The position numbers and the translations under genes are program-made. From the NCBI GenBank assembly GCA_031414535.1, contig JANNVQ010000029.1, positions 64,001 to 128,000 of the forward strand: a DNA stretch of 64,000 bases, written 5' to 3'. A model generated the notes under the pieces. The model was not told where the DNA came from. It worked only from the letters and a program-made list of their open reading frames with translations, and searched no databases. Of this stretch, positions 42,194 through 60,384 are shown one piece after another; the stretch's first letter is position 1; each line of letters begins with the position of its first letter. The DNA comes from Gemmatimonas sp. (GTDB lineage Bacteria; Gemmatimonadota; Gemmatimonadetes; Gemmatimonadales; Gemmatimonadaceae).

Positions 42194-42266
42194 GCTGACG
42201 TAGCTCAGCTGGTAGAGCACCCGATTTGTAATCGGGCGGTCGCGAGTTCGATTCTCGCCGTCAGCT
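42194..42266 (+). tRNA. tRNA-Thr(TGT)
   Basis: GCTGACG/CGTCAGC acceptor stem, cccga-tttgtaa-tcggg anticodon arm, GTTCGA; CCA not encoded. Confidence 0.95.
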
Positions 42267-42297
42267 CTGTGGGCTTGCGGTGGCAGCGCGGGAGTGC

Positions 42298-42379
42298 GGT
42301 GGGATACCCAAGTGGCCAACGGGAGCAGACTGTAAATCTGCCGGCATTGCCTTCGAAGGTTCGAATCCTTCTCCCACCA
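42298..42379 (+). tRNA. tRNA-Tyr(GTA)
   Basis: GGTGGGA/TCCCACC stem, gcaga-ctgtaaa-tctgc arm, long variable arm. Confidence 0.95.
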
Positions 42380-42388
42380 TAGAACAGC

Positions 42389-42473
42389 GGAAGAGCGAAG
42401 AGCGACAAGGGAAGAGCGAAGAGGGGAAGAGCGAGAAGGAGAAGGGGGAAGGGTAGAAATAGAAGTGAGAAGA
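42389..42473 (+). repeat. purine-rich GAAGAGC heptamer array in tRNA spacer
   Basis: gaagagc gaagagc gacaagg gaagagc gaagagg ggaagagc... Confidence 0.85.
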
Positions 42474-42474
42474 C

Positions 42475-42547
42475 GCGGGAGTAGCTCAGCTGGTAGAGCG
42501 CAAGCCTTCCAAGCTTGATGTCGCGGGTTCGAGCCCCGTCTCCCGCT
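42475..42547 (+). tRNA. tRNA-Gly(TCC)
   Basis: GCGGGAG/CTCCCGC stem, caagc-cttccaa-gcttg arm. Confidence 0.95.
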
Positions 42548-42550
42548 CTG

Positions 42551-42598
42551 GAAGTAGAAGGGTGAAGGGTGAAGGGTGAAGGTTGAAGGTTGGAAGAG
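42551..42598 (+). repeat. GAAGGGT/GAAGGTT heptamer array in tRNA spacer
   Basis: gaagggt x3, gaaggtt x2. Confidence 0.85.
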
Positions 42599-42601
42599 GT
42601 T

Positions 42602-42674
42602 GCACGCATAGCTCAGTCGGTAGAGCACATCCTTGGTAAGGATGAGGTCACCGGTTCGATCCCGGTTGCGTGCT
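42602..42674 (+). tRNA. tRNA-Thr(GGT)
   Basis: GCACGCA/TGCGTGC stem, catcc-ttggtaa-ggatg arm. Confidence 0.95.
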
Positions 42675-42681
42675 TGATACT

Positions 42682-42765
42682 GGACGGATGACGGACGCTG
42701 AAAGGGCGCGCTGAGCTAAGCTCGGCGCGCCCTTTTCCGTTGCATCCGTCATCCGTCTTCCGTCC
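42682..42765 (+). terminator. terminator hairpin nested in GACGGAT heptamer arms
   Basis: aaagggcgcgctgagc / gctcggcgcgcccttt stem with short T run, flanked by ggacggatgacgga and catccgtcatccgtcttccgtcc. Confidence 0.75.
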
Positions 42766-42948
42766 TGCTTCGGGGCACCTTCGGGATTAGCCCGGCGCCG
42801 TAAGCCTCGGATGGCTCAGCACTTGCATCACGCTCTACCTCAGTCTACGTTTCAAGGCTCGCCGCCATGCGCCCAAGTCCGGGGGCAGGGTGGCCTGTCG
42901 CGTCCCGTTGGCGGGACGTCTTGAACGCCCTAATTCAGAGAGTGTCCA

Positions 42949-43101
42949 ATGCCGCGTGACAAGATCATCCTCGCGTGCAGTGAGTGCAAGAATCGCAACT
43001 ACTTCACCACGAAGAACAAGCGCCTGCACCCCGAGCGCGTGGAGTGGAAGAAGTACTGCCCCCGCTGCAACAAGCACATGCTCCATAAGGAGACGAAGTA
43101 A
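42949..43101 (+). CDS. rpmG: 50S ribosomal protein L33 (zinc-ribbon form)
   Basis: Own translation [50 protein letters not shown]; absent from the ORF track. Confidence 0.96.
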   Translation: MPRDKIILACSECKNRNYFTTKNKRLHPERVEWKKYCPRCNKHMLHKETK

Positions 43102-43335
43102 GTGGCCAGCGAGGTCGTGCAGGTCCAGCCGTCTTTGCCTAAGCGCGTCGTGACCTTCTGGAACGACGTGGTGTCGGAGATGCGCAAGGTCACCTGGCCG
43201 GATCGTCCGCAGGTGCAGTCACTCTCCTTGGGCGTGATTGTCATCTCGCTCGCGATTGGCGGCGTGATCTGGTTGCTTGACCTCATCCTGCAGGCCGTGC
43301 TGGTGCGTGGTATTCCTGCGCTCTTCGGGGCCTAA
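43102..43335 (+). CDS. secE: preprotein translocase SecE
   Basis: EMRKVTWP plus one TM; synteny. Confidence 0.93.
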   Translation: MASEVVQVQPSLPKRVVTFWNDVVSEMRKVTWPDRPQVQSLSLGVIVISLAIGGVIWLLDLILQAVLVRGIPALFGA

Positions 43336-43337
43336 CC

Positions 43338-43883
43338 GTGACGCATCGCTGGTACGCCGTCCAGACGACCTCTGGGCACGAGAACAAGGTGCGCACGCTG
43401 ATTCAGCGGAAGATTGACGCTGATCCCACGGCGGCCGAGGATAGGCGCATCCGGCAGGCGCTGGTCCCGACTGAGCAGGTGGTCGAGATCAAGAACGGCA
43501 AGAAGGTCACCGTTGATCGCAAGGTCTACCCGGGCTACGTGCTCGTGGAGATGGCCATCAGCGAGGACACGCTACACAACATCAACGCCATTCAGGGCGT
43601 GATCAAGTTTGTTGGCACCAAGGACCGCGAGCCGCAGGCGCTGCGTGAAGATGAAGTGAAGCGCCTGCTAGGTATCGCCGTCGAAGAAGAAGTGGCCACG
43701 CCGAAGGAGGAGATTCCCTTCCTCATCGGTCAGGCCGTCGCGATCACGGACGGACCGTTCACGGACTTTAACGGAACGGTGGAAGATGTGATTGTGGACA
43801 AAGGAAAGGTTCGCGTCAGCGTCAGTCTCTTCGGGAGACCGACGAGTGTGGAGCTGGATTACTTGCAGTTAAAGGGACACTAG
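43338..43883 (+). CDS. nusG: transcription factor NusG
   Basis: WYAVQTTSGHE, PGYVLVEM, KOW DGPFTDFNG, FGRPT. Confidence 0.96.
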   Translation: MTHRWYAVQTTSGHENKVRTLIQRKIDADPTAAEDRRIRQALVPTEQVVEIKNGKKVTVDRKVYPGYVLVEMAISEDTLHNINAIQGVIKFVGTKDREPQALREDEVKRLLGIAVEEEVATPKEEIPFLIGQAVAITDGPFTDFNGTVEDVIVDKGKVRVSVSLFGRPTSVELDYLQLKGH

Positions 43884-43946
43884 GACGGAAGACGGATGAC
43901 GGATGCCGCACGCATCTGTTCAGCATCCGTCACCCGTCTGCCGTCC
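43883..43946. repeat. GACGGAT heptamer hairpin after nusG
   Basis: ggacggaagacggatgacggatgc / gcatccgtcacccgtctgccgtcc. Confidence 0.85.
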
Positions 43947-44121
43947 AGTTGAAAAGCAGATGCCTTTGCGCGAGGCAGGTGGACGAGGTCACAGTCTCCA
44001 CTGAGAAGCGCCCCGACGGAAAACCACGACGTCGTTAATCACATTGTGGGAGTCAGCGTGTAACGCCAGCCCGTCGCATCCGACGGTGCCCGTGCACGCT
44101 TCACGTTTTCCAGAGGGTAAG

Positions 44122-44544
44122 ATGGCCAAGAAGGTCACCGGTTTCGTCAAACTGCAGATTCCTGCAGGCAAGGCGAATCCGGCCCCGCCCGTCGGCACCG
44201 CGCTCGGTCCGCAGGGAATCAACATCATGTCGTTCTGCAAAGAGTTCAATGCTCGCACGCAGGGACAGGATGCGATTCTTCCGGTCGAGATCACGATTTT
44301 TGCCGACAAGTCCTTCACGTTCATCCTGAAGACGCCGCCCGCGGCGTTCCTCGTCAAGCGCGAGGCAGGAATCGAGAAGGGCTCCGGTCAGCCCAACCGC
44401 AACAAGGTTGGCTCGATCACCAAGGCGCAGGTCCGGAAGATCGCCGAAATGAAGATGCCCGATCTCAACACCGACAATCTCGAGTCTGCCATGGCGATGG
44501 TTGCCGGCGCTGCTCGTTCTATGGGTGTGGAGGTGAAGGGATGA
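44122..44544 (+). CDS. rplK: 50S ribosomal protein L11
   Basis: MAKK...[21 protein letters not shown]. Confidence 0.97.
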   Translation: MAKKVTGFVKLQIPAGKANPAPPVGTALGPQGINIMSFCKEFNARTQGQDAILPVEITIFADKSFTFILKTPPAAFLVKREAGIEKGSGQPNRNKVGSITKAQVRKIAEMKMPDLNTDNLESAMAMVAGAARSMGVEVKG

Positions 44545-45230
44545 AGACGCACGGAAAGAAGTACCGCGCCGCCGCCGAGAAGATTCAGGCCGGCACGCTG
44601 CACACCCCGCAGGCTGCCCTCGAGGCCGTCAAGACGGCTGCGTTCGCCAAGTTCGACGAGTCTGTCGAAGTGGCCGTGCGCTTGGGCGTTGATCCCCGCC
44701 ATGCGGACCAGGTGGTTCGCGGCACGGTGATCATGCCGGCTGGAACGGGCAAGACGGTCCGCGTCCTCGTCATCGCCGTGGGCGAAAAGGCCAACGAAGC
44801 GACGGCCGCCGGAGCCGATTTCGTCGGCACCGAGTTCATCCAGAAGGTGAAGGACGGATGGACGGACTTCGACGTGATGATCGCGACGCCCGACCAGATG
44901 GGTCAGGTCGGTCAGCTGGGCCGCGTGCTCGGCCCCCGCGGTTTGATGCCGAATCCGAAGGCCGGCACCGTGACGTTCAACGTCGCGCAGGCCGTGAAGG
45001 AAACCAAGGCTGGCAAGATCGAGTTCCGTGTTGACAAGGCCGGCAATGTGCAGGCTGCGATCGGCAAGGTCTCGTTTGGCCTCGAAGCCCTGGAGACGAA
45101 CTTCGGCGCGTTCATGGATCAGATCATCCGATCCAAGCCCGCTGCTTCGAAGGGCGTGTACGTCAAGACAGTCGCCGTGAGCTCTACGATGGGCCCCGGC
45201 GTTCGTATCGACACCACTCCGTACCGGTAA
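44541..45230 (+). CDS. rplA: 50S ribosomal protein L1
   Basis: [24 protein letters not shown]. Confidence 0.97.
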   Translation: MKTHGKKYRAAAEKIQAGTLHTPQAALEAVKTAAFAKFDESVEVAVRLGVDPRHADQVVRGTVIMPAGTGKTVRVLVIAVGEKANEATAAGADFVGTEFIQKVKDGWTDFDVMIATPDQMGQVGQLGRVLGPRGLMPNPKAGTVTFNVAQAVKETKAGKIEFRVDKAGNVQAAIGKVSFGLEALETNFGAFMDQIIRSKPAASKGVYVKTVAVSSTMGPGVRIDTTPYR

Positions 45231-45236
45231 CCCACG

Positions 45237-45722
45237 ATGAAGCGATCCGACAAGGAACAGCTCGTCGCCGAGCTGAAGGCCAAGCTCGCGGGCGCCGACG
45301 CGGTCTATTACACGGACTTCACCGGTTTGAACGTGAAGTCCATGACGACCCTCCGCCGCCGGTTCCGCAAGGCGGGCGTTGAGTACGTCGTCATTAAGAA
45401 CACCCTCGCGCTGCGCGCGGTCAACGAAGCCGGCTTTGCCGGTCAAGCGTTGAAGGGGCCCACGGGCGTTGTGGTGGCGAAGGATGCCATCTCCGCGGCC
45501 AAGCTCCTCTCCGACTTCGCGAAGGAGAATGACCAGAAGCCCACCATCAAGGGCGGCCTGTGGGAAGGCAAGGCCGTTGATGCGGATACGGTCAAGAAGC
45601 TCGCCTCGATGCCGACGCGCGATGAAGCGCTGTCGATTCTCGTTGGCACGTTCAACAGCGTGCTCTCGATGTTCGCCCTGGCACTCGAAGCAAAGAAGAC
45701 GCAGCTCGAAGGTTCGAACTAA
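45237..45722 (+). CDS. rplJ: 50S ribosomal protein L10
   Basis: DFTGLNV, VIKNTL, LASMPTR; synteny. Confidence 0.95.
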   Translation: MKRSDKEQLVAELKAKLAGADAVYYTDFTGLNVKSMTTLRRRFRKAGVEYVVIKNTLALRAVNEAGFAGQALKGPTGVVVAKDAISAAKLLSDFAKENDQKPTIKGGLWEGKAVDADTVKKLASMPTRDEALSILVGTFNSVLSMFALALEAKKTQLEGSN

Positions 45723-45799
45723 TCCCCCAGGCGTCTGCCTGATCACACACGCCCCAGGTTTTAAAGAACCCTGGGGGAAACTTTTGGAGAATTACACAA

Positions 45800-46183
45800 A
45801 TGGCTAACGCAACTCTCTCTAAGGACGAGATCCTCGAGGCGATCGGCAACATGTCGGTCATCGAGCTTGTTGACCTGATCGATGCGTTTAAGACGAAGTT
45901 CAACGTGACCATCTCCGCTGTCGCCGCTGGCGGCCCTGCGGGTGGCGCACCGGCTGCCGCTGCCGAAGAGAAGACCGAGTTCGACGTGGTCCTCAAGGAA
46001 GCGGGCGGCAAGAAGATTCAGGTCATCAAGGTGGTTCGCGAAATCACCGGCCTGGGCCTGAAGGAAGCGAAGGACCTGGTGGACGGCGCCCCGCAGGTTG
46101 TGAAGGCCGGCGTCTCGAAGGACGAAGCCGCGCAGATCAAGGCCAAGCTCGAGGCCGAAGGCGCTGGCGTCGAGGTCAAGTAA
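45800..46183 (+). CDS. rplL: 50S ribosomal protein L7/L12
   Basis: [24 protein letters not shown]. Confidence 0.97.
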   Translation: MANATLSKDEILEAIGNMSVIELVDLIDAFKTKFNVTISAVAAGGPAGGAPAAAAEEKTEFDVVLKEAGGKKIQVIKVVREITGLGLKEAKDLVDGAPQVVKAGVSKDEAAQIKAKLEAEGAGVEVK

Positions 46184-46191
46184 GGCGGATG

Positions 46192-46229
46192 GGTTTACGG
46201 TCCGGGAGTCAAACCCCGGACCGCAACTC
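46192..46229 (+). terminator. hairpin after rplL (terminator/attenuator-like)
   Basis: cggtccggg / cccggaccg stem. Confidence 0.5.
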
Positions 46230-46371
46230 ACTCCCTCTTACTCGGCCTTTGCAATGCATCTGAAGTTCTTCTCGCTCTACATCTGAAGCTCCTTTCGCCT
46301 CGCCCCTCCCGGTCTTGTCCGGGTGGTGGCGGGGCGGTTTTCGCCTGTTCACGGGCACAGCCCGGGTCGCC

Positions 46372-50943
<4,572 letters not shown>

Positions 50944-50946
50944 CTG

Positions 50947-55269
<4,323 letters not shown>

Positions 55270-55275
55270 GAACAA

Positions 55276-55398
55276 GACGGATGACGGATGACGGACGCCA
55301 AGGGCGGGAAGAGCGAGAGCTCGACCCGCCCTTGGCGCGTTCTTGGGTATCCGTCATCCGTCATCCGTCATGCGTCATGCGTCTTCCGTCTTCCGTCC
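55276..55398. repeat. GC hairpin nested in GACGGAT heptamer arms after rpoC
   Basis: gacggat x3; cgccaagggcggg / cccgcccttggcg; about seven catccgt-type units. Confidence 0.9.
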
Positions 55399-55426
55399 AG
55401 TTTCCCAACGCGTAGATTCGCCTATC

Positions 55427-56104
55427 ATGGCGATTGACTTACGGGAGCGCCCAAGCGACGATGCCGTCACCGGCATCGTTCTGATGAACCTAGCGGTGAT
55501 CGTTGGCGCCCTCGTCAGCGGCGAGGGGCTCGTGATGCTCATGTGGCCGTACTGGATTCAGAGCGTGGTCATTGGCTACTTCAACGTGCGCCGCATTCAG
55601 AAGCTGCAGCGGTTTTCGACCGAAGGCCTGAAGATCAACGGCGCGTACGTGGATCCCACGCCGGGTACGCGACGACAGACCTGGGTGTTCTTCATGATCC
55701 ACTATGGATTTTTCCACGTTGGGTACATGATGTTCCTCTTCGCTTTCTCATCGGGGGGCATGACGGGTGAGAGCGGGGCGGGAGAGCCGACCAGGCTCCC
55801 TAGTGGGCTCGGGGAGTGGAATCGCCTGTGGTTTGTGGTCACGGCAATCGGCTTCCTCATCAGCCATGGACAGTCGCATCGCGAGCATGTGGATGCGGAT
55901 CTGCGCGGCACGCCGAACATCGGGACATTGATGTTCATGCCCTACATCCGCATCGTCCCCATGCATATCACAATCATCGTTGGCGCACTGCTCGGCGATG
56001 GCTTGGGACTGCTGCTCTTTGGCGGGCTAAAGACCGTCGCCGACGTGGCGATGCATAAGGTGGAGCATCATCTACTGCAAAAATCCGGCACCGTGGCTGC
56101 TTAG
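55427..56104 (+). CDS. DUF6498-like membrane protein
   Basis: YWIQSVVIG, FFMIHYGFF, MPYIRIVPMHI, LKTVAD. Confidence 0.65.
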   Translation: MAIDLRERPSDDAVTGIVLMNLAVIVGALVSGEGLVMLMWPYWIQSVVIGYFNVRRIQKLQRFSTEGLKINGAYVDPTPGTRRQTWVFFMIHYGFFHVGYMMFLFAFSSGGMTGESGAGEPTRLPSGLGEWNRLWFVVTAIGFLISHGQSHREHVDADLRGTPNIGTLMFMPYIRIVPMHITIIVGALLGDGLGLLLFGGLKTVADVAMHKVEHHLLQKSGTVAA

Positions 56105-59100
56105 CTGTCGAGGACGCGGCGTACTTCCTGCACCAAGTCGCGGACGCCGTAGGGCTTTGAGATGAAATTCCATTCGCCGTCGGGAGTGAAGCGGTCGGAG
56201 ACGACGTCGGCTGAGTAGCCCGAGGTGAAGAGTATCTTCAGGTGGGGGCGGCGTTTCTTGAGCTCTTCGGCGAGTTCGATGCCTGTCATGCCGGGCATGA
56301 CGAGGTCCGTGAGTACGAGGTCGAGATTCCCCTGATGCGACTCGAGCAGTGCAAGCGCCGCCGGGCCCGAGTCCGCCTCGAGGACGGTGTAGCCAGAGCG
56401 CTCGAGCACGCGCGTCGCCACAAAGCGGATGGACGCCTCGTCCTCGACGACGAGCACGGTTTCTTTGCCTCGCGGCACCCCGCGGGTCGGCGCCGAGGTC
56501 TGCTCGTCGGCGACCTCATCCGTGACCGGGAGGTAGATGCGGAACGTGGTGCCGATGCCGATTTCGCTGTAGCACCAGATGCTACCGCCCGACTGCTTGA
56601 CGATGCCATATACCGTGGAGAGGCCCAGTCCGGTGCCGCGGCCCTGTTCCTTGGTGGTGAAAAAGGGCTCGAAAATCTTGGCCTGGGTAGCCCTGTCCAT
56701 GCCCACTCCGGTGTCGGTAACAACGAGCGTCACGTATGGACCTTCGGTCATCCCCTCGCGGCGTGCGGCGTGTTCTTCGTCGATGGTCGCTTGTCCGGTG
56801 CTGATGGTCAGCGTGCCACCGCGTGGCATGGCGTCGCGCGCGTTCACGCAGAGGTTCATCAGCACCTGTTCCAGCTGACCCGCGTCGGCGAAGATCGCGG
56901 GGACCTTCGGCGCGAGCTTGAGGTCCAGGTGGATGTCCTCTCCAATCACCCGGCTCAGCATCGCGAGGAACTTGGTGACGACGTCGTTGAGATTGAGCAC
57001 TTCACGCTTGAGCACTTGCTGACGGCTGAAGGCGAGCAGCTGCCTGGTCAGGCGTGCCGCCCGCTCACCCGCATTGCGAATCTCTGCGATGTCGTGGCGC
57101 ACGGGATGCTCGGCCGTGAGTTCACCCAGTGCGAGGTCCGCCGAGGTGGTGATGACGGTGAGGAGGTTGTTGAAGTCGTGCGCGACGCCACCTGCGAGAC
57201 GCCCAACGGATTCCATCTTCTGGGAGCGCGTGAGCTGGGATTGCAGTTCCTCACGTTCGTTAAGCGACTTCATGCGCTCGGAGATGTCGCGGGCGATACT
57301 GAGCATCAAGCTGCGCTGACCGATGTCAATCACCGTGAGCGCAACTTCAACCGGTACTTGGTCGCCATCCTTCCGGCGGTACGTGCTTGGGCGGAGCAGG
57401 CCGCCCGCGTTGCGGACAGCGGTGGCCACCGTCGCGAGGCCGCCTTGCGCGCCGATATCCGCCACGATGTCAGCGGGTCCAAGGGCTCGCATTTCCGTTT
57501 CGGTGTACGCGAGCTGGGCGAGGGCGGCGGCGTTGAAGTCAACGAAGAGGCCGGTGGACAGGTCGGAGACGTAGATAGCGTCGGCGGAGCGATCGATGAC
57601 CTGCCGGAACAAGGTGAGTTGTTCGCGCTGTGCGTCCAAGGTTCGCTGGTTGCGGAGCACGGCCACGCCGAACGAGATGTCGCGTCCGAGTTCGGTGGCG
57701 AGCGCGAGTTCCTCGGCGTCGAAGGCGTTTGGCTCGTCGGCGTAGAGCATCAAGCCACCCACCACGTCGTTATTGACCGAGAGCGGAATGGACAGTGACG
57801 ACTGGTAGCCGCGCTCGCTTGCTGCCTTGCGCCAGGGTTCGTAGTTCTGTTCGGACAGAAGGTTCTGGGCGACTTGCGGTTCGCCGCTGCGTAAGCAACG
57901 CCCGGTGGGCCCTCGGCCACGTTCGTTGTCACCCCAGCTAATTGGGTTCTCTCGCAAATAGCCCAGCGCGTTGCCGGCGATGGCCACCGGGAGCACGCTT
58001 TGTTCTTCATCGTGCTGTTTGGCTCCAACCCACGCCATCCGGTAGCCGCCATCTCGGACGGCCACGTCACAAACAATCTGCAAGAGTTCCTGCTCGACCT
58101 CTGCCCGGACGATGGCGTGGTTGACGGCACCGCGCATGCGGAGGACGCGCTCCGAGCGGCGTAGCGAGGCTTCCGTCAGTCGGCGGCGGGTAATGTCCGT
58201 GATGGCGCCGCCCATGCGCGTCGCCCGACCGCGCTCATCTCGTTCGGCCTCCCCTCGCGTGCGAATCCACCGCGGGCTCTCTGTGCTACTGCTCCTGAGC
58301 TTCATCTCAAGGTCGTAGGGCTCGCCGAACTCGAGATGCCGGGCCAGCACGAGCTCGTGCCGTGCAGCATCCGCAGGGTCGAAGTACGACAGCAAATCGG
58401 AGACGCGGTGAATCTTCGCATCAAGGGAGACGCCGACAATCTCCCGCCAGCGCGGAGAGACGAACACCTCCCCGGAACTGAAGTCCCAGTCCCAGAGGCC
58501 GTCCGTGGTGCCGCGAAGCGCACGCGCGTAGCGCGCCTCATTGCGGCGCAGTTCCTCAATGCCGCGTTCGCGGTCGGCGAGGAGGGCGAGTTCGCGCTGC
58601 GTGCGTGCCAGATCCCGTCGGTACCACAGTGCGTAGATGACCGCGGCCACGCCAAGGAGAAAGAGGAGCACCACGAGCGTCGCGCGTAGCGCGGCACGCC
58701 GGATGGGCTCGCGGATCTCCGCTTCATCCACCTTGGCCACGAGCAACCAGCTGGTGCGGGGGATGGCGAGCACGGTTCCGCGCACGGAGACCCCACGGTA
58801 GTCCAGCGCCCCGATGCTGCCGCTCTCCCGTTGCAAGGCCCGAGCGACGAGCGCGGTCGAGTCGCTGCGGGCGACGGTGACCCGAAGTGCAAGGGTGGCC
58901 TCAGTGTTCGGGTCAGAGAGTAGGTGCAGCGAATCGGGCTCCGCTCGCCAGAGCAAGAACTCGCCGGTTCGGTACGCCACTGGCACTTCGCGCATCATGG
59001 GGAAAAGGGCGCGATTGGCGTCCACCACCAGCGCCACCCAGGCGCCTGGAGAGTCGTCGCGACCGGGATTGCGTGGAAGAGGCGCCCAGAACACCATCCG

Positions 59101-60177
59101 CGTCGACGGCCCCACGCGATGCAGATCGTCTACGATGACGCTGTCGGTGGCGGGGAGACGCTCGATCCGCCGCTGCAGGTCCTGTTGCAACTTGTCATCG
59201 AGCGCACCGGCTGCGGCGACGAAGCGCCGCCCCCCGTCATAGAGTGCGATACGCTCGTAGTCACTTTCCTGCTGCAGGGCCACGAGCCAAGCCTGCACGG
59301 CGCGGCGGTCGGCGGCGCTCGCGGTCGGGGTGGCCTGCCGAATGAAGCTCTCGGATGGCTGCATGCGCTTACTGACCGCCCGCGCCGTGAGCATCTGCCC
59401 CCGGTACCACGTCGCAATCTCTCGGGACTTGAGAGTGACAATCGTACCCAGCGTGGTGGTCAGGCGGCGTTCATTACGCGCGACCTCGCCGCGATACCAG
59501 AAGTAGCCGGAGGTGAGCACGATGCCCGAGAGCAGCATCGCGAGCCAGACAAAGGCGCCCTTAGACGGCACGACGCCGGGCCGGGCGCTTGGACTGACGA
59601 GACGCAGCGGCCAGGTATCGGGGCCGAGATCGAGTAGCGCGGCAATGCTACAGACTCCGAGCAAGGTCGCGGTGGGGGCAGCGACCGGAATCATGTCGCC
59701 ACCGTAGAGCAACGGAACGCCCAAGGCGTAGCCCTGCAGGATGACGATGCTGCTCGCCAACACGAGTGACGGAATGATGCCCTGCAGGAGGCGTCGTTCC
59801 TGTGAGCTTCTGAGCAACAGCGCAGTGGCGGTACCGGCCAAAAGGAAGGCCGTGATGAGGCTGACGCGGCCGATGCGAATGCCGCCGCGTACTTCCGATG
59901 TGCCCGAGAGCCAGCGCTCAAACGACAGGTCGTAGCCAATTGACTGCGAGGCGACGAACGCGAGCGAGAGAATGAGCGCTGCGGCGGCGAAGACCTGAGA
60001 GAGCGGGGTAGCTGCCGTTCCATGCGTGCGCCAGCGCACCGTAAGCAGTGCGGTGCCGAGCAGGACGAAGAGCAGTCCGCTTCCTGGGGCCATCGGGACC
60101 TGCCCTGGTCCAAATGTCAGCAGGTTACCGTACCCTGCGATCCAGACCGGGATGGAGGCAGCACCGATGCCCGCCAC
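56101..60177 (-). CDS. membrane hybrid histidine kinase (PAS, GAF, HisKA, HATPase, REC)
   Basis: AHDFNN H-box, NARDAM, DTGVGM, GTGLGL, receiver VVEDE / TDLVMP / KP; start uncertain. Confidence 0.93.
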   Translation of the reverse strand: MAGIGAASIPVWIAGYGNLLTFGPGQVPMAPGSGLLFVLLGTALLTVRWRTHGTAATPLSQVFAAAALILSLAFVASQSIGYDLSFERWLSGTSEVRGGIRIGRVSLITAFLLAGTATALLLRSSQERRLLQGIIPSLVLASSIVILQGYALGVPLLYGGDMIPVAAPTATLLGVCSIAALLDLGPDTWPLRLVSPSARPGVVPSKGAFVWLAMLLSGIVLTSGYFWYRGEVARNERRLTTTLGTIVTLKSREIATWYRGQMLTARAVSKRMQPSESFIRQATPTASAADRRAVQAWLVALQQESDYERIALYDGGRRFVAAAGALDDKLQQDLQRRIERLPATDSVIVDDLHRVGPSTRMVFWAPLPRNPGRDDSPGAWVALVVDANRALFPMMREVPVAYRTGEFLLWRAEPDSLHLLSDPNTEATLALRVTVARSDSTALVARALQRESGSIGALDYRGVSVRGTVLAIPRTSWLLVAKVDEAEIREPIRRAALRATLVVLLFLLGVAAVIYALWYRRDLARTQRELALLADRERGIEELRRNEARYARALRGTTDGLWDWDFSSGEVFVSPRWREIVGVSLDAKIHRVSDLLSYFDPADAARHELVLARHLEFGEPYDLEMKLRSSSTESPRWIRTRGEAERDERGRATRMGGAITDITRRRLTEASLRRSERVLRMRGAVNHAIVRAEVEQELLQIVCDVAVRDGGYRMAWVGAKQHDEEQSVLPVAIAGNALGYLRENPISWGDNERGRGPTGRCLRSGEPQVAQNLLSEQNYEPWRKAASERGYQSSLSIPLSVNNDVVGGLMLYADEPNAFDAEELALATELGRDISFGVAVLRNQRTLDAQREQLTLFRQVIDRSADAIYVSDLSTGLFVDFNAAALAQLAYTETEMRALGPADIVADIGAQGGLATVATAVRNAGGLLRPSTYRRKDGDQVPVEVALTVIDIGQRSLMLSIARDISERMKSLNEREELQSQLTRSQKMESVGRLAGGVAHDFNNLLTVITTSADLALGELTAEHPVRHDIAEIRNAGERAARLTRQLLAFSRQQVLKREVLNLNDVVTKFLAMLSRVIGEDIHLDLKLAPKVPAIFADAGQLEQVLMNLCVNARDAMPRGGTLTISTGQATIDEEHAARREGMTEGPYVTLVVTDTGVGMDRATQAKIFEPFFTTKEQGRGTGLGLSTVYGIVKQSGGSIWCYSEIGIGTTFRIYLPVTDEVADEQTSAPTRGVPRGKETVLVVEDEASIRFVATRVLERSGYTVLEADSGPAALALLESHQGNLDLVLTDLVMPGMTGIELAEELKKRRPHLKILFTSGYSADVVSDRFTPDGEWNFISKPYGVRDLVQEVRRVLDS

Positions 60178-60384
60178 TCCTGCGCCAAGCCACTGGGCTG
60201 CCCGTCGCCAGTTTTTGGTCAGCGCGTCCAGTTCACCCTGGGGTTCGATAGGTGTTCGCCTTGTGGTCGGTTGTGCCCAGATTTCTCATCGAGTATCGGC
60301 TGCCCCTAATCTCGCCCTGCTGCACTGGGCCGGATAGGGGCAGACTGCTAGCGGCCTCCCCGGCCACGGGACACATTCCCAGTC

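Noticed and set aside
42389..42598. CRISPR array
   Set aside because: Short tandem 7-mers with no unique spacers; no cas genes.
44020..44060. Possible L1-binding site in the rplK leader (aaccac...gtgggag)
   Set aside because: I could not build a convincing canonical structure by eye; it needs a covariance-model search.
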